Shown here: one piece after another, positions 17,716 through 27,430 of the stretch
Layout: every line of letters begins with the position of its first letter
Position numbering within the stretch: position 1 is the stretch's first letter
NCBI GenBank assembly: GCA_943372645.1
Contig: CALRZN010000007.1
Span: 8,687-72,686, forward strand
Direction: 5' to 3'
Length of the DNA: 64,000 bases
DNA from: Chitinophaga pinensis
Lineage (GTDB): Bacteria > Bacteroidota > Bacteroidia > Palsa-965
Made by a program: the position numbers and the translations under genes
Notes under the pieces: model-generated
What the model was told of the DNA's origin: nothing
Seen by the model: only the letters and a program-made list of their open reading frames with translations
Databases searched by the model: none

Positions 17716-17771
17716 TGTACATTTTTCGTAGTAAACGGTAATAAGAATACATATAAGCAAATCTAATTTTG
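17716..17771 (+). promoter_or_regulatory. 26-bp conserved operator plus -7 promoter box (copy D)
   Basis: TGTACATTTTTCGTAGTAAACGGTAA at 17716-17741 (25/26 identical to copy C), 22-nt gap, TAATTTTG at 17764-17771. Confidence 0.75.
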
Positions 17772-17797
17772 AAAACACTAACTCAAACTCTTTTAAC

Positions 17798-18946
17798 ATG
17801 AAAACGTACAAAAAAAAGGCATTGACAATTACGCTAGGTCTATTTGGTATAACAAGCCTGAGCGCACAGCAGTGGGTGGATATTCCATCTACCACACATA
17901 TCCGAAATAATAATGCCGGAAGCACTGTTATCGGAGCAACTACATTGCCTGCGGGATTATCATACACTCCCAAACTTTATGTATATAGCGGCAACACAAC
18001 CGGATATGGTGGTGTATTGTTTGATGTTCCTACTGCCCCGTTTTACCAGGGAGATGGAAAGGCCCGGTTTCATTTTAATCGGGCAAATACAAATTTTGAA
18101 AACTTTATTTCATTTGAAAGCGGCAACACATACAAATGGCTAATGGGTATGGACAATGAAGTTGGTGACAACTTTTACATATTCAGAAACAGCAATAAGA
18201 TACTCACGATGAAACAGGATGGAACTACTATTTTTTCGTCAAACAATACAACAGATAGGCTTACAATTAAAAATGATGGTGTAATTCATTTCAATGGCGC
18301 TGGTGGATCTACCAGTACGAGTACAGGCCCGGCTAACGGATTACCGTATGGCACTTCGTATCTTGGTTTTAACACAACAAGGGATCCCGCCAATGGAAAC
18401 TGGACAAAATATACGGATGGGGCAAATAATGGCAGTAGCGTAATCTGGGGAACGATTGGCGGATGGCTTTGTTTTTCTCCAATGTCTTCAGTTAATGGTT
18501 CATCTAACGGAACAACTACTGACGCAGCAGTAAGTGCGAATACAACAATGAAGATGCGCTGGAACGACAATCTTACCGGTACCCATAAAGGCCAGGTAAT
18601 GATCGGAGAAAAGAGCATTACAAGTGGTGCCCATACTGATTTCAAATTAAGTGTTGATGGAAAAATTCTTGCAACTGAAATTTATGTTACTCAACAGAAT
18701 TGGGCGGATTATGTTTTCGAAAAAGATTATAAAATGCTGAGTCTCCCTGAACTGGAAAAATACATCAGTATCAATAAACATCTGCCTAATGTTCCTTCTA
18801 CTGCTGAAATGAAGTCTGACGGAAATAATGTTGCTAATACCGATCAGATTCTGCTCGAAAAAATTGAAGAGCTGACCCTTTATTTGATTGAGCAGCAGAA
18901 AAAAATTGATGCTCTTGAGAAAAACTTAAAAACCAACCAGCAATGA
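17798..18946 (+). CDS. Secreted tail-fibre-like protein with a C-terminal chaperone-like/coiled-coil domain
   Basis: Signal peptide; G/T/N-rich beta repeats; C-terminus KLSVDGKILATEI..WADYVF..HLPNVPS..LLEKIEELTLYLIEQQKKI, typical of this widespread Bacteroidota family. Confidence 0.75.
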   Translation: MKTYKKKALTITLGLFGITSLSAQQWVDIPSTTHIRNNNAGSTVIGATTLPAGLSYTPKLYVYSGNTTGYGGVLFDVPTAPFYQGDGKARFHFNRANTNFENFISFESGNTYKWLMGMDNEVGDNFYIFRNSNKILTMKQDGTTIFSSNNTTDRLTIKNDGVIHFNGAGGSTSTSTGPANGLPYGTSYLGFNTTRDPANGNWTKYTDGANNGSSVIWGTIGGWLCFSPMSSVNGSSNGTTTDAAVSANTTMKMRWNDNLTGTHKGQVMIGEKSITSGAHTDFKLSVDGKILATEIYVTQQNWADYVFEKDYKMLSLPELEKYISINKHLPNVPSTAEMKSDGNNVANTDQILLEKIEELTLYLIEQQKKIDALEKNLKTNQQ

Positions 18947-20586
18947 GGACCGTTTCATTTATTTTCCGATCATCACTTACTATCTGTTTGTTGATGATTC
19001 TATTTTCAACGACCTATGCACAGGTAACAGTACAATGCAATAGCTGCGCCGGAACCGGAACTTATGCAGGTTCAACCGCATACTGTAATACGATTCAAAT
19101 ACCTGGTCAGTTTATACCGGTTAACTCCAATGCACCCTGGGAACTAATATATGAAGAGGAGTTTGACGATCCTGACCTTCATTTCGATGTTGAATGGGAT
19201 TCTCCATATAATATGACTCAAGAGCCAACAGCATACAATAATTATGATGATGCTTATTTATACAGTTGCATCAGACGGAATAATCTAGAATTTGGCAGCT
19301 CTGTTATTGGGACAAATACTGAAACCTGGGTTAATCTAAAAACAAAATATGAGCCCGGTTCTGTTTGTGATTGGGTCGAATTTGATGCGAATTTACAACC
19401 AATCGTTCATCAAACCACAAGAGATTACACATTGCCTCAACTTAACACCAAAGCAATATATGGTCCGGGGAAATTTGAAATTCATTGCAAAGTACCACAG
19501 ATATCTGGTCAATGGCCCGCATTTTGGTTATATGAAAATGACGGGGGAGTGCATACTGGACAAGAAATTGATGTGTTCGAAATCAAACAGGATGCAATGC
19601 ATGCAAATTGCTCAATTGATCCAAATTGTACTAACCCAGAATACACAACTGTAAGTCAAGCAGGCAAACGCATGATGATGACTACTCATTCAAATCCGCT
19701 TCTTCTCGCTGAACCCTGTACTCCTCAAATGTGTTATATCAATAGCGAGCCTTTCAGTAATGGATGGCATACATTCACATTAGTTTGGGATGAAAACTAC
19801 ATGCAATGGTTTATGGATGGGAATTTAGTTTTCGAAAGGACTAGGATGTCTTATTATTCTCCAGGTAATTATACTTACAAAGAGTTAACCTTTCCTTCAC
19901 CCAAAATAGGAATGGAAATTAAAATTGGAAGTATTGTTTGGACTGATGAGAATATGTTATACATCAATGGTTCAGGGCAAAATATTTGTGGTTCCCCTAT
20001 CGCACCAAATGATTTTCTTGTTGACTATGTAAGGGTGTGGAAAAGAGGCTGCAACAATCAGCCCCGAACCTTAAAATATGATTATGACCCAATTACATTT
20101 TATGATGCAAATGATGCTATTGTGCAGGCAGGAACTATTGATTTTTCCGCAACAAGTCCCGCCTGGGAAGTCAATTCAAACCAGGTATTGAAAGTCGGCG
20201 CAATAAACGAAATCAAGATTGTAAATTTTGAAGCAAAACTGGGTTGTGACTTTACAGCAACGATAAACAATTGTGATGAATTGGTTTACGGCAGAAAGGC
20301 TGAAGCGGGTGATGAATCAAGTGAAATTAAGCAAGAAAAAACAACCCCGCTATTCAGTATCAGCCCAAATCCGAGTAGCACAACTATCAAGTTAAAATCT
20401 CAAAGTATTGTCCGGAAAGCAAATATTGAGATATTTGATATGCTTGGGAAACGAGTTTTTTTTGTCAATCAGGAAATATTAAAAGATACAGAATTAAATA
20501 TTACGTCATTAAATCAGGGAGTTTATCTTTTGCGAATTTCAAACGATGCAGGCTTCCTGGAAACACATCAAATCGTAAAAAACTAG
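18943..20586 (+). CDS. GH16 glycoside hydrolase with a T9SS type A sorting domain
   Basis: WPAFWL, catalytic EIDVFE (ExDxxE), WHTFTLVW and VDYVRVW; C-terminal ISPNPS...IFDMLGK...GVYLLRI. Confidence 0.88.
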   Translation: MRTVSFIFRSSLTICLLMILFSTTYAQVTVQCNSCAGTGTYAGSTAYCNTIQIPGQFIPVNSNAPWELIYEEEFDDPDLHFDVEWDSPYNMTQEPTAYNNYDDAYLYSCIRRNNLEFGSSVIGTNTETWVNLKTKYEPGSVCDWVEFDANLQPIVHQTTRDYTLPQLNTKAIYGPGKFEIHCKVPQISGQWPAFWLYENDGGVHTGQEIDVFEIKQDAMHANCSIDPNCTNPEYTTVSQAGKRMMMTTHSNPLLLAEPCTPQMCYINSEPFSNGWHTFTLVWDENYMQWFMDGNLVFERTRMSYYSPGNYTYKELTFPSPKIGMEIKIGSIVWTDENMLYINGSGQNICGSPIAPNDFLVDYVRVWKRGCNNQPRTLKYDYDPITFYDANDAIVQAGTIDFSATSPAWEVNSNQVLKVGAINEIKIVNFEAKLGCDFTATINNCDELVYGRKAEAGDESSEIKQEKTTPLFSISPNPSSTTIKLKSQSIVRKANIEIFDMLGKRVFFVNQEILKDTELNITSLNQGVYLLRISNDAGFLETHQIVKN

Positions 20587-20605
20587 TATTAATCTTATGC
20601 TAACC

Positions 20606-20640
20606 AGCGGTTGCCCCAAAAAGGCAGCCGCTATTTTTTT
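20606..20640 (+). terminator. Intrinsic terminator overlapping the convergent stop codon
   Basis: AGCGGTTGCC-loop-GGCAGCCGCT followed by a T-run. Confidence 0.7.
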
Positions 20641-21761
20641 ACCCCGGTAAAAGCAAACCTCCCCTTCCACCCTAAAAACCACCCCTCAAAATACCGGTAA
20701 CTCAGTTTGCTGATAACAACCGTAATCCCCAGCGCCAGCAAGGTATCCACCAGCAGCACCTGCCACAGTTCGGTGTTGATACCCAGCTTACGCGTTAGCG
20801 TAGTGGCAATGAGAATTCCAATGAAATGCGTACAGTACAACCCGTAAGTAATGAGTCCTAGTTTTGAAATGATTTTAAAACTACCGGTTTTAAACAGCGA
20901 GTGCTGCGCGTAACATTGCTCGAGGATGAGGAATGCGATGAGTATGGCGATAAACAGGCGTTCGAATATGCGGATGCCGGCGTTTGCGAATAACACTTCG
21001 TCGCGGAAAAAGAAAATGAGTACAAAAAGCAGCCAGGCCGTGGCGATAAGGTACTTCGGTGTGGCGGCGACGCGTGCGCGGAATGCAGGAACCGTTTGAA
21101 TGAACCACGCCGCAAATGCGCCCACGGTCATGTCGCCGATGCACGACAGCGTATGGAATTCGTGCATTACCGGTGTATCGGACAGCGCGCGGAAAACAAG
21201 ACTTCCGGTGATGATGATTGAAAACGGAATCCAAAGTTTTTTCACCGGGACAAAAAAGATAACGAGCGGCCACACGAGGTAAAACTGTTCTTCAATGGCC
21301 ACGCTCCACAGCACACCGAGTACCGATGAATCGGGCGGACCGTTTGCGATAAAATCAAAGTTGTTGGTAAAAGTGAGGTACGATAACAGGTGGGCTGTTT
21401 CTGCCGGTGTTTGTCCGAAAGCCTGTTTGATCAGCGGAAACGCCACAAAACCAAACAGCACCATGAGGTAAAACAAGGGCCAGATACGCAAAATGCGCCG
21501 CATCCAGAATTTACCCAGGCTGATTTGTCCGTTTGCTTTTTTTTCTTCCAGCAGCAGGTACGTGATGAGAAAACCGCTGAGCACAAAAAAGAAATTTACG
21601 CCGAGGTTGCCGTTGCCGAACACATCGTTTTTTACAAAATGATACGCCGGGTTTGTTTTGATCGTTTCGGAAGCGGTGTAAAAGCTGTGATAGAAAAACA
21701 CCGAAAGAAACGACAGGAACCGCAACCCGTCGAGGTTTTCAAAATACAGCGTCTTTTTCAT
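20631..21761 (-). CDS. Acyltransferase family 3 (OafA-like O-acyltransferase)
   Basis: LDGLR, GVNFFFVLSGFLIT, RRILRIWPL and WSVAIEEQFY motifs. Confidence 0.93.
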   Translation of the reverse strand: MKKTLYFENLDGLRFLSFLSVFFYHSFYTASETIKTNPAYHFVKNDVFGNGNLGVNFFFVLSGFLITYLLLEEKKANGQISLGKFWMRRILRIWPLFYLMVLFGFVAFPLIKQAFGQTPAETAHLLSYLTFTNNFDFIANGPPDSSVLGVLWSVAIEEQFYLVWPLVIFFVPVKKLWIPFSIIITGSLVFRALSDTPVMHEFHTLSCIGDMTVGAFAAWFIQTVPAFRARVAATPKYLIATAWLLFVLIFFFRDEVLFANAGIRIFERLFIAILIAFLILEQCYAQHSLFKTGSFKIISKLGLITYGLYCTHFIGILIATTLTRKLGINTELWQVLLVDTLLALGITVVISKLSYRYFEGWFLGWKGRFAFTGVKK

Positions 21762-23158
21762 CGCGGCGTTTTAGGTTGTGGTGCCGGCATTTCCAGCGTG
21801 GTTCCTTTTCCGCCCTGGATGATGAAGTAACCGAGAATGATGAGGAAACTCGTATAAAACGGCTGGAACGGAATTTTAAAACGCACCAGCGCACCGAAGT
21901 TTGCCGTAGTTAAGCCAACCGAAAACGAAAACAGGAGCACAAAAATAAAACAGAACAGCAGCAGCGGGTTCGTGGAAATAATCCGGTACAACCGCAGCGG
22001 CCTGATCAGTATAAGTATCACCAGCGAAAGCAGCAGGATAAAAAAGTTTTCGATGCCCGAGAGGTACATCACAATGTTGTTGCATTCCCACAGGTATGGC
22101 CTGAACAGCCCGGCTTCAATGGCCAGCGGCGCTTTGCTGAGTATGCCCGCAAGCGTAGGTTCAAATGTACCGATGTTGAAGGAATTGGAACCGTAAGCCG
22201 CCGTGTTCGATAAATCCTGCTGTGTAACCGCTGCGGTCTGCAGCACTTTGTCTACCGAAAACTTGGACATGCTCGATGAAAAAAGCGTGATCACCCCGTA
22301 ACAGGCCAGGATGCAGGCAACAAGAATAACCGGTACCGTAATCCGTCGCAGAAAGCGGTTGCGTATACGCAGAATGCGGTAATAAAACACCCAGATGAGC
22401 GAACCCGGAAACAACGTGAGGAAAATATACGGTTTGATTTCAAGAATAATCAGCGCGGTAACTACAAGAACAAATGCATACGTGAGCCGCCGTTTCGGAA
22501 CAATAAACAGCCGGAACACCGCATACATGTACCAGCACGCCGCCGAAAGTGTAATCGTATCTTTCAGCAAACCCGATCCCCAGAAAATAACCGAAGGAAA
22601 AAACAAAATGCCCCAGGCCAGTGGTTTGTAAAGCGAAGGATAATAATGACAGAACAACTGGTACAAACGCCACAAACCAAAAAACGAAATCCACGCCACG
22701 AGAATATTTTCAATCAGGTAACTCTTCAGCGAGAGCAGCAGCAGCGGCGTGGTAAGCCGAACCACGGCATACGCCTGGTCATCAAAATAAATATAACGCA
22801 GCGGGTAACCGGTGGACTGGTTGAAGAGCACAAAATTCGATTCGTTGTTTTCACCGAACAGGATGCGCACGGCTGCCACCATATCTTTTGAAAACAGGTT
22901 GGAAATGGCAAGACTGGTTTCGTAATAACTGGTGGTATCGCCGCCGTGGTAATAATACATATAGATGGCGCAGAGTGCAATGCCTCCCCCTATTTTCAGC
23001 ACCAGCGCCCGAACATAGTATTTGTAAATCGGCTGGTCTTCTATTTTGCGGGCTTTCACCGCGTAGCCAACTACAAGAATCAGTAAAATGTAAAACACAG
23101 CCAGCAACCATTCCCAGGGCTGTATCGAAATATTACCAAAGTATTCGGTTTTAACCAT
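21758..23158 (-). CDS. Polytopic membrane protein, possibly a polysaccharide polymerase or GT-C fold protein
   Basis: About 11 TM segments; YYHGGDT, FWGSGLLKD, LFRPYLWE and NFGALVRFK; coupled to the acyltransferase. Confidence 0.6.
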   Translation of the reverse strand: MVKTEYFGNISIQPWEWLLAVFYILLILVVGYAVKARKIEDQPIYKYYVRALVLKIGGGIALCAIYMYYYHGGDTTSYYETSLAISNLFSKDMVAAVRILFGENNESNFVLFNQSTGYPLRYIYFDDQAYAVVRLTTPLLLLSLKSYLIENILVAWISFFGLWRLYQLFCHYYPSLYKPLAWGILFFPSVIFWGSGLLKDTITLSAACWYMYAVFRLFIVPKRRLTYAFVLVVTALIILEIKPYIFLTLFPGSLIWVFYYRILRIRNRFLRRITVPVILVACILACYGVITLFSSSMSKFSVDKVLQTAAVTQQDLSNTAAYGSNSFNIGTFEPTLAGILSKAPLAIEAGLFRPYLWECNNIVMYLSGIENFFILLLSLVILILIRPLRLYRIISTNPLLLFCFIFVLLFSFSVGLTTANFGALVRFKIPFQPFYTSFLIILGYFIIQGGKGTTLEMPAPQPKTPR

Positions 23159-23215
23159 GGCTACGTTTCCCAAAAGTAAGCATCCGCACCTGAACAGATG
23201 CACCGGTACTTAAAA

Positions 23216-24211
23216 TTAACCGGCTGCCGGCGATTCTGCATCCTCTTCACCATCCTCTTCACCATCCTCGTCCGCTGTTTCCGTTTCGGCATGTTCCAGC
23301 AGCGACATTTTTTTGATACGCGCAGCATAAATTCCGGCATTCAGTTCGAAGCCGATGAGCAGCATCAGGGAATTGTAATAAATCCAAAGCAGGATTACGA
23401 TCAGCGTACCGATAGAGCCATACAGCTTGTTGTAGTTGCCGAAATTATTGACGTACCACGCAAATAAAATGGAGGTAACAATAATCAGCGAGGTTGCCAG
23501 TATGGCCCCGGGGCTGATGAAATTACCGTGCATCCGTTTAGCCGGACCGAGGTAATAAAAACAGGAAATAACAATCAGGCACAGCAGCGCCAGCAACAGC
23601 CAGCGGCCGATTTCAAGCATAAAACCAAGTGCACCGCTTTTATCAATCATCGTATTCATCAGCGTGGTGGTCCAGCCGATGAGTGCAATGCCTGCAATTA
23701 CAAGCACGGCCAGTATAAAACCCATCACTACTGCAACGAGCCGCTGTTTCCAGAACGAACGTGTTTCCACCACGTGAATGCTCCGGTTAAACGCACCGAA
23801 CATGGCATTAAAACCGCTCGTTGAAAAATAAATGGTGGCAAGAAAACCCACCGACAACAGTTTGCTGTTGTGCCTGCGGATAATTTCATCCAGCGTGTCT
23901 TCGGCAGTGGCAAATGCGTTGGCCGGCATCATTTCCTGCAGCAGTTCCATCAACCGGTCCTGGAAATGATCAATCGGGATGTACGGAATAAGCGTAAACA
24001 GGAACAGGATGCCCGGAAAAATCGCAAGAAAAAAACTGAACGACATCGACGAAGCCCGGTTCTGTATCGCGCCTTTCTGCACGCCCCTGAAAAAAAACGC
24101 GCCCACTTCATACATCGAAAGGCCATGAAAAGCAGGCAACGAATGGTTCCGCAGAAACCCGCTGAGTTTGCGGGCCGGGCGGCTTGCACGAAGACGTTGT
24201 ATAATTCCCAT
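23216..24211 (-). CDS. YihY/virulence factor BrkB family membrane protein
   Basis: ASSMSFSFFLAIFP and NYNKLYGSIGTLIVILLWIY...GFELN motifs. Confidence 0.92.
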   Translation of the reverse strand: MGIIQRLRASRPARKLSGFLRNHSLPAFHGLSMYEVGAFFFRGVQKGAIQNRASSMSFSFFLAIFPGILFLFTLIPYIPIDHFQDRLMELLQEMMPANAFATAEDTLDEIIRRHNSKLLSVGFLATIYFSTSGFNAMFGAFNRSIHVVETRSFWKQRLVAVVMGFILAVLVIAGIALIGWTTTLMNTMIDKSGALGFMLEIGRWLLLALLCLIVISCFYYLGPAKRMHGNFISPGAILATSLIIVTSILFAWYVNNFGNYNKLYGSIGTLIVILLWIYYNSLMLLIGFELNAGIYAARIKKMSLLEHAETETADEDGEEDGEEDAESPAAG

Positions 24212-25089
24212 CAGCTGCGAACGGCTTTTAAACTGAGATCAAGACTGCGGAAATGATGCGTAATGGCACCCACCGAAATAAAATCAACACCCGTTTCGGC
24301 AAATGCACGGATCGTATTTTCATTTATGCCTCCGGATGCTTCCGTTTCAAAACGACCACCGATGCGCGTTACGGCAGTCTTCAGCAACTCCGGTGTAAAA
24401 TTATCAAGCATAATGCGTTGCATGCCGCCCGCATCCAGCGCCTGCTCCAGCTCGTCCAGGTTGCGCACTTCCAGTTCAACGGGCAGCTGCAGTTTGTTTT
24501 TTTCAAGGTACGCGTGTGTGCGCTCCAGCGCGGCTTTTATTCCGCCGGCGTAGTCCACGTGATTGTCTTTGATCATCACCATGTCGTACAATCCAAACCG
24601 GTGATTGGTACCACCGCCGATACGCACCGCCCACTTTTCGAAGTAACGGAAGCCGGGCGTGGTTTTGCGTGTGTCGAGCACGCGGGTATGCAAACCGTCG
24701 AGCAGCTGAACAAGATGCTGTGTTGCGGTTGCAATGCCGCTCATGCGTTGCATACAGTTAAGCACCAGCCGCTCCGCAGTAAGTATGGAACGGGCGGGGC
24801 CTTTCACTTCAAAGGCCACATCGCCGGGTTTTACAAATGTACCGTCAGTAAGAAAAACGGTCATTTCCAGTTCCGGATCAACCTGCTCAAAAATGAAACC
24901 GGCCAGTTCCACACCGGCCAGCACACCCGTATCTTTTACCAGCAGGCGCGCGGTGTTCTGCACATCAGCCGGTATGGTTGCGCGTGACGTATGATCGCCG
25001 CTCCCTACATCTTCATGCAGCGAAGCGGCGATAAAAGCACTTATAATCGTATGATCGGGGGATAATGCCTCGTATGCTGTTTTATTCAT
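24211..25089 (-). CDS. nadC: Quinolinate phosphoribosyltransferase
   Basis: EDVGSGDHTS, ERLVLN, MSGIAT, DTRKTTPG, NHRFGLYDMVMIKDNH, MLDN and EASGG motifs. Confidence 0.96.
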   Translation of the reverse strand: MNKTAYEALSPDHTIISAFIAASLHEDVGSGDHTSRATIPADVQNTARLLVKDTGVLAGVELAGFIFEQVDPELEMTVFLTDGTFVKPGDVAFEVKGPARSILTAERLVLNCMQRMSGIATATQHLVQLLDGLHTRVLDTRKTTPGFRYFEKWAVRIGGGTNHRFGLYDMVMIKDNHVDYAGGIKAALERTHAYLEKNKLQLPVELEVRNLDELEQALDAGGMQRIMLDNFTPELLKTAVTRIGGRFETEASGGINENTIRAFAETGVDFISVGAITHHFRSLDLSLKAVRS

Positions 25090-25462
25090 CGCTCGTTTCG
25101 ATACGGAACTGGTGCACACTGGCGCTGTTACCGGTCTTCTTCATCAGAAAATGAACCCGGTAGGTCCCGTTGGCAGTGGTCAGCTTTCCGATCGCAAACT
25201 GCGAATCATTCCGCTCGGCACTTTTATGCACTACGGTAAACGCCTTTACCGGATGCTTTGCGAAAAAATCTTTGAGAATGGACTCCGCCTGTGCCTTGCT
25301 GTAAATATTCTCCTGGTCAAGCACCTTCATGTCCACCTTGTCGGCAAAATAAGCCGACACGGAATTGGCGTTCCCGCTGCGGATCGCAACAGCGATATCA
25401 TCCGACAGGTCGAGAAACAGGCATTGCGCACTCACCAGTAAAAGCACCACCATCGTTTTCAT
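25082..25462 (-). CDS. DUF4783 domain protein
   Basis: Signal peptide; AIRSGNA and YSKAQAESILKDFF motifs; adjacent to nadC. Confidence 0.8.
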   Translation of the reverse strand: MKTMVVLLLVSAQCLFLDLSDDIAVAIRSGNANSVSAYFADKVDMKVLDQENIYSKAQAESILKDFFAKHPVKAFTVVHKSAERNDSQFAIGKLTTANGTYRVHFLMKKTGNSASVHQFRIETSDE

Positions 25463-25572
25463 TGCTCAGTTATTTTTCAGTCAATTTTGCAACAATCGAG
25501 CCAAAATATCCGGTAATTTTGAACTTCAGTTCCTTTGTACAAAAGTACACATTTGTCCGTAATGCTAAAACC

Positions 25573-26046
25573 ATGAAAATCAAGTGCTTATTTATTGCAA
25601 AAACCGATGATTCGTGGATACGCGAAGGCACTGCGGTGTACCTGAAACGGCTCAAACATTATGCCCCGCTCGAATGGGTGGAACTGCCCGCACTTAAACA
25701 GGCCGGCAAACTTACTGAAGCCCTGCAGAAAAAACAGGAAGGCGAATTGCTGCTGAAACAACTTGCACCCGGCGATAAACTGCTGCTGCTCGATGAACGC
25801 GGAAAATCATATTCGTCTGAAGCCTTTGCCGGTTTTATCCAGCAACAGATGAACAGCGGCATCAAACAACTCGTTATTGCCACCGGCGGCCCGTTCGGAT
25901 TTTCAGAAGAACTGTATGCCCGCGCAAACGGTCTCATTTCGCTTTCGGAAATGACATTTTCACACCAGATGATCCGCGTAATTATCGCCGAACAACTCTA
26001 CCGCGCTTTTACGATTATAAAAGGAGAACCGTATCACCACCGCTAA
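25573..26046 (+). CDS. rlmH: 23S rRNA pseudouridine-1915 N3-methyltransferase
   Basis: LLDERGK, GGPFGFS, SLSEMTFSHQMIR, EQLYRAFTI and GEPYHH motifs. Confidence 0.96.
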   Translation: MKIKCLFIAKTDDSWIREGTAVYLKRLKHYAPLEWVELPALKQAGKLTEALQKKQEGELLLKQLAPGDKLLLLDERGKSYSSEAFAGFIQQQMNSGIKQLVIATGGPFGFSEELYARANGLISLSEMTFSHQMIRVIIAEQLYRAFTIIKGEPYHHR

Positions 26047-27407
26047 CGCGGATTTGCAGCCTGCCAGGACCTGTATTCCACCAACGCCTTATCAAACTCC
26101 TCCACCAGCGCCTCCCGTTTCTTAATCAGATCGGCCACCAAATCGGCACGTTTATAAAACAGTGCGATGTAAAACCAGCGTTTGCCGAGGCGGCGTGCGC
26201 GGATGTAATAATAGTATGCCCACATACCCGCCGGGAGCAGGCTCAGCGTAAGTGCAATTGCTTTCCAGTTCGGAAACAGGTAATGCCAGCATAAAATACC
26301 GATTGCAATATACCAGATCAGGTAAAGCACCATGCCGCCGGCCATGGCCACCGCGCCGCGGAACTCGTATTGTTTTACCTGGCTGCGCACAAACCGGTCG
26401 ATGAGAAAAAACGGCAGGATATTTCCGATGAATCCGAAAATAAAAAGCGGCAGCCCGAGCAGCAGGAATAAAAAATCAAGCGCATTGGAACCGAACATCG
26501 ACTGGCGCGGCTGTTCCTGGTTCAGCAGTTTGTCGTTCAGGCGCAGGCGTTCGAGCAAACCGAAATACGTATTAATCTGGTTGCGTATCGCTTCCACCCG
26601 GTCGGGCTCACGGTCCTGGAAATAATACAACGCCTCGGCCATGCGCCGGGTGAGCTGCAAATCTTCGTACGCATCTTCTTCGGGCAGACCCTGTTCGCGC
26701 ACCTGTTTGTCTTTATAAAGTGTTTCAATACGCGCCAGCAGTTCATCCGAATCATCATCGCGCAGCGCCACAATCTGGCCCGCCAGCTGATCGCGGATGC
26801 GGCCGGTGAGTTGCTCCACGGCTTTTAATTCGTCGGCCTGGTAGGTGGTGTAATAATCCGAAACCGCAATCGGTTCATCGGCATTGGCAAATACTTCCTG
26901 GCGGAACCGGTGCGGATCGGAATAATTGAGCCCGATGGTGACCACTTTAATGTTCAGTTTGTAACCGTATTTTTTTTCTGCGCCCAGCACAATGCGCGCT
27001 GCACCCGATTTAATGTCGCGCAGTTTGCGTTCGGTAATGCTGGTGCCTTCCGGAAAAATAATGAGCACGCCGCCTTTCGCCAGGTGATCGTAACACTTCT
27101 CAAATGTCTGCTCGTTTTTGTGCATCTGCGCCGGATCGTCCTGCTTCCGGTAAATCGGAATCATGTTCAGTTTCGGCAGCAGCCATTGCGACAGCTTCGA
27201 TTTAAACACCGCCGCTTTCGCGAGAAAATAAATCGGCCGCCTGGTCAGCGCCGCTATCACAATCGGATCCATAAACGCACTCGGATGGTTGGCGCAGATC
27301 AGCAGCGGGCCTTTTGCCGGAATCTTGTCAAAATTGCGCAGGTGTACTTTATTAAAAAACACACGCAGCGTAATGCGGAGCAGGAATTTGAGGGTGTAGT
27401 ATAACAT
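26043..27407 (-). CDS. Lysophospholipid/glycerol acyltransferase (PlsC domain with C-terminal TM region)
   Basis: NHPSAFMD (HxxxxD), FLAK and IFPEGTS motifs. Confidence 0.9.
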   Translation of the reverse strand: MLYYTLKFLLRITLRVFFNKVHLRNFDKIPAKGPLLICANHPSAFMDPIVIAALTRRPIYFLAKAAVFKSKLSQWLLPKLNMIPIYRKQDDPAQMHKNEQTFEKCYDHLAKGGVLIIFPEGTSITERKLRDIKSGAARIVLGAEKKYGYKLNIKVVTIGLNYSDPHRFRQEVFANADEPIAVSDYYTTYQADELKAVEQLTGRIRDQLAGQIVALRDDDSDELLARIETLYKDKQVREQGLPEEDAYEDLQLTRRMAEALYYFQDREPDRVEAIRNQINTYFGLLERLRLNDKLLNQEQPRQSMFGSNALDFLFLLLGLPLFIFGFIGNILPFFLIDRFVRSQVKQYEFRGAVAMAGGMVLYLIWYIAIGILCWHYLFPNWKAIALTLSLLPAGMWAYYYYIRARRLGKRWFYIALFYKRADLVADLIKKREALVEEFDKALVEYRSWQAANPR

Positions 27408-27430
27408 CGTGAATAGCAAACATAGCAATT

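Noticed and set aside
17798-18946. Prophage tail gene
   Set aside because: It has a Sec signal peptide, and no other phage genes are present in the window.
24211-25089. Functional clustering of nadC with pnuC-nadR
   Set aside because: They are 30 kb apart with unrelated genes between, and I saw no shared operator.
25291-25572. N-terminal extension of rlmH
   Set aside because: It overlaps the DUF4783 gene on the other strand; RlmH homology starts at MKIK (25573).
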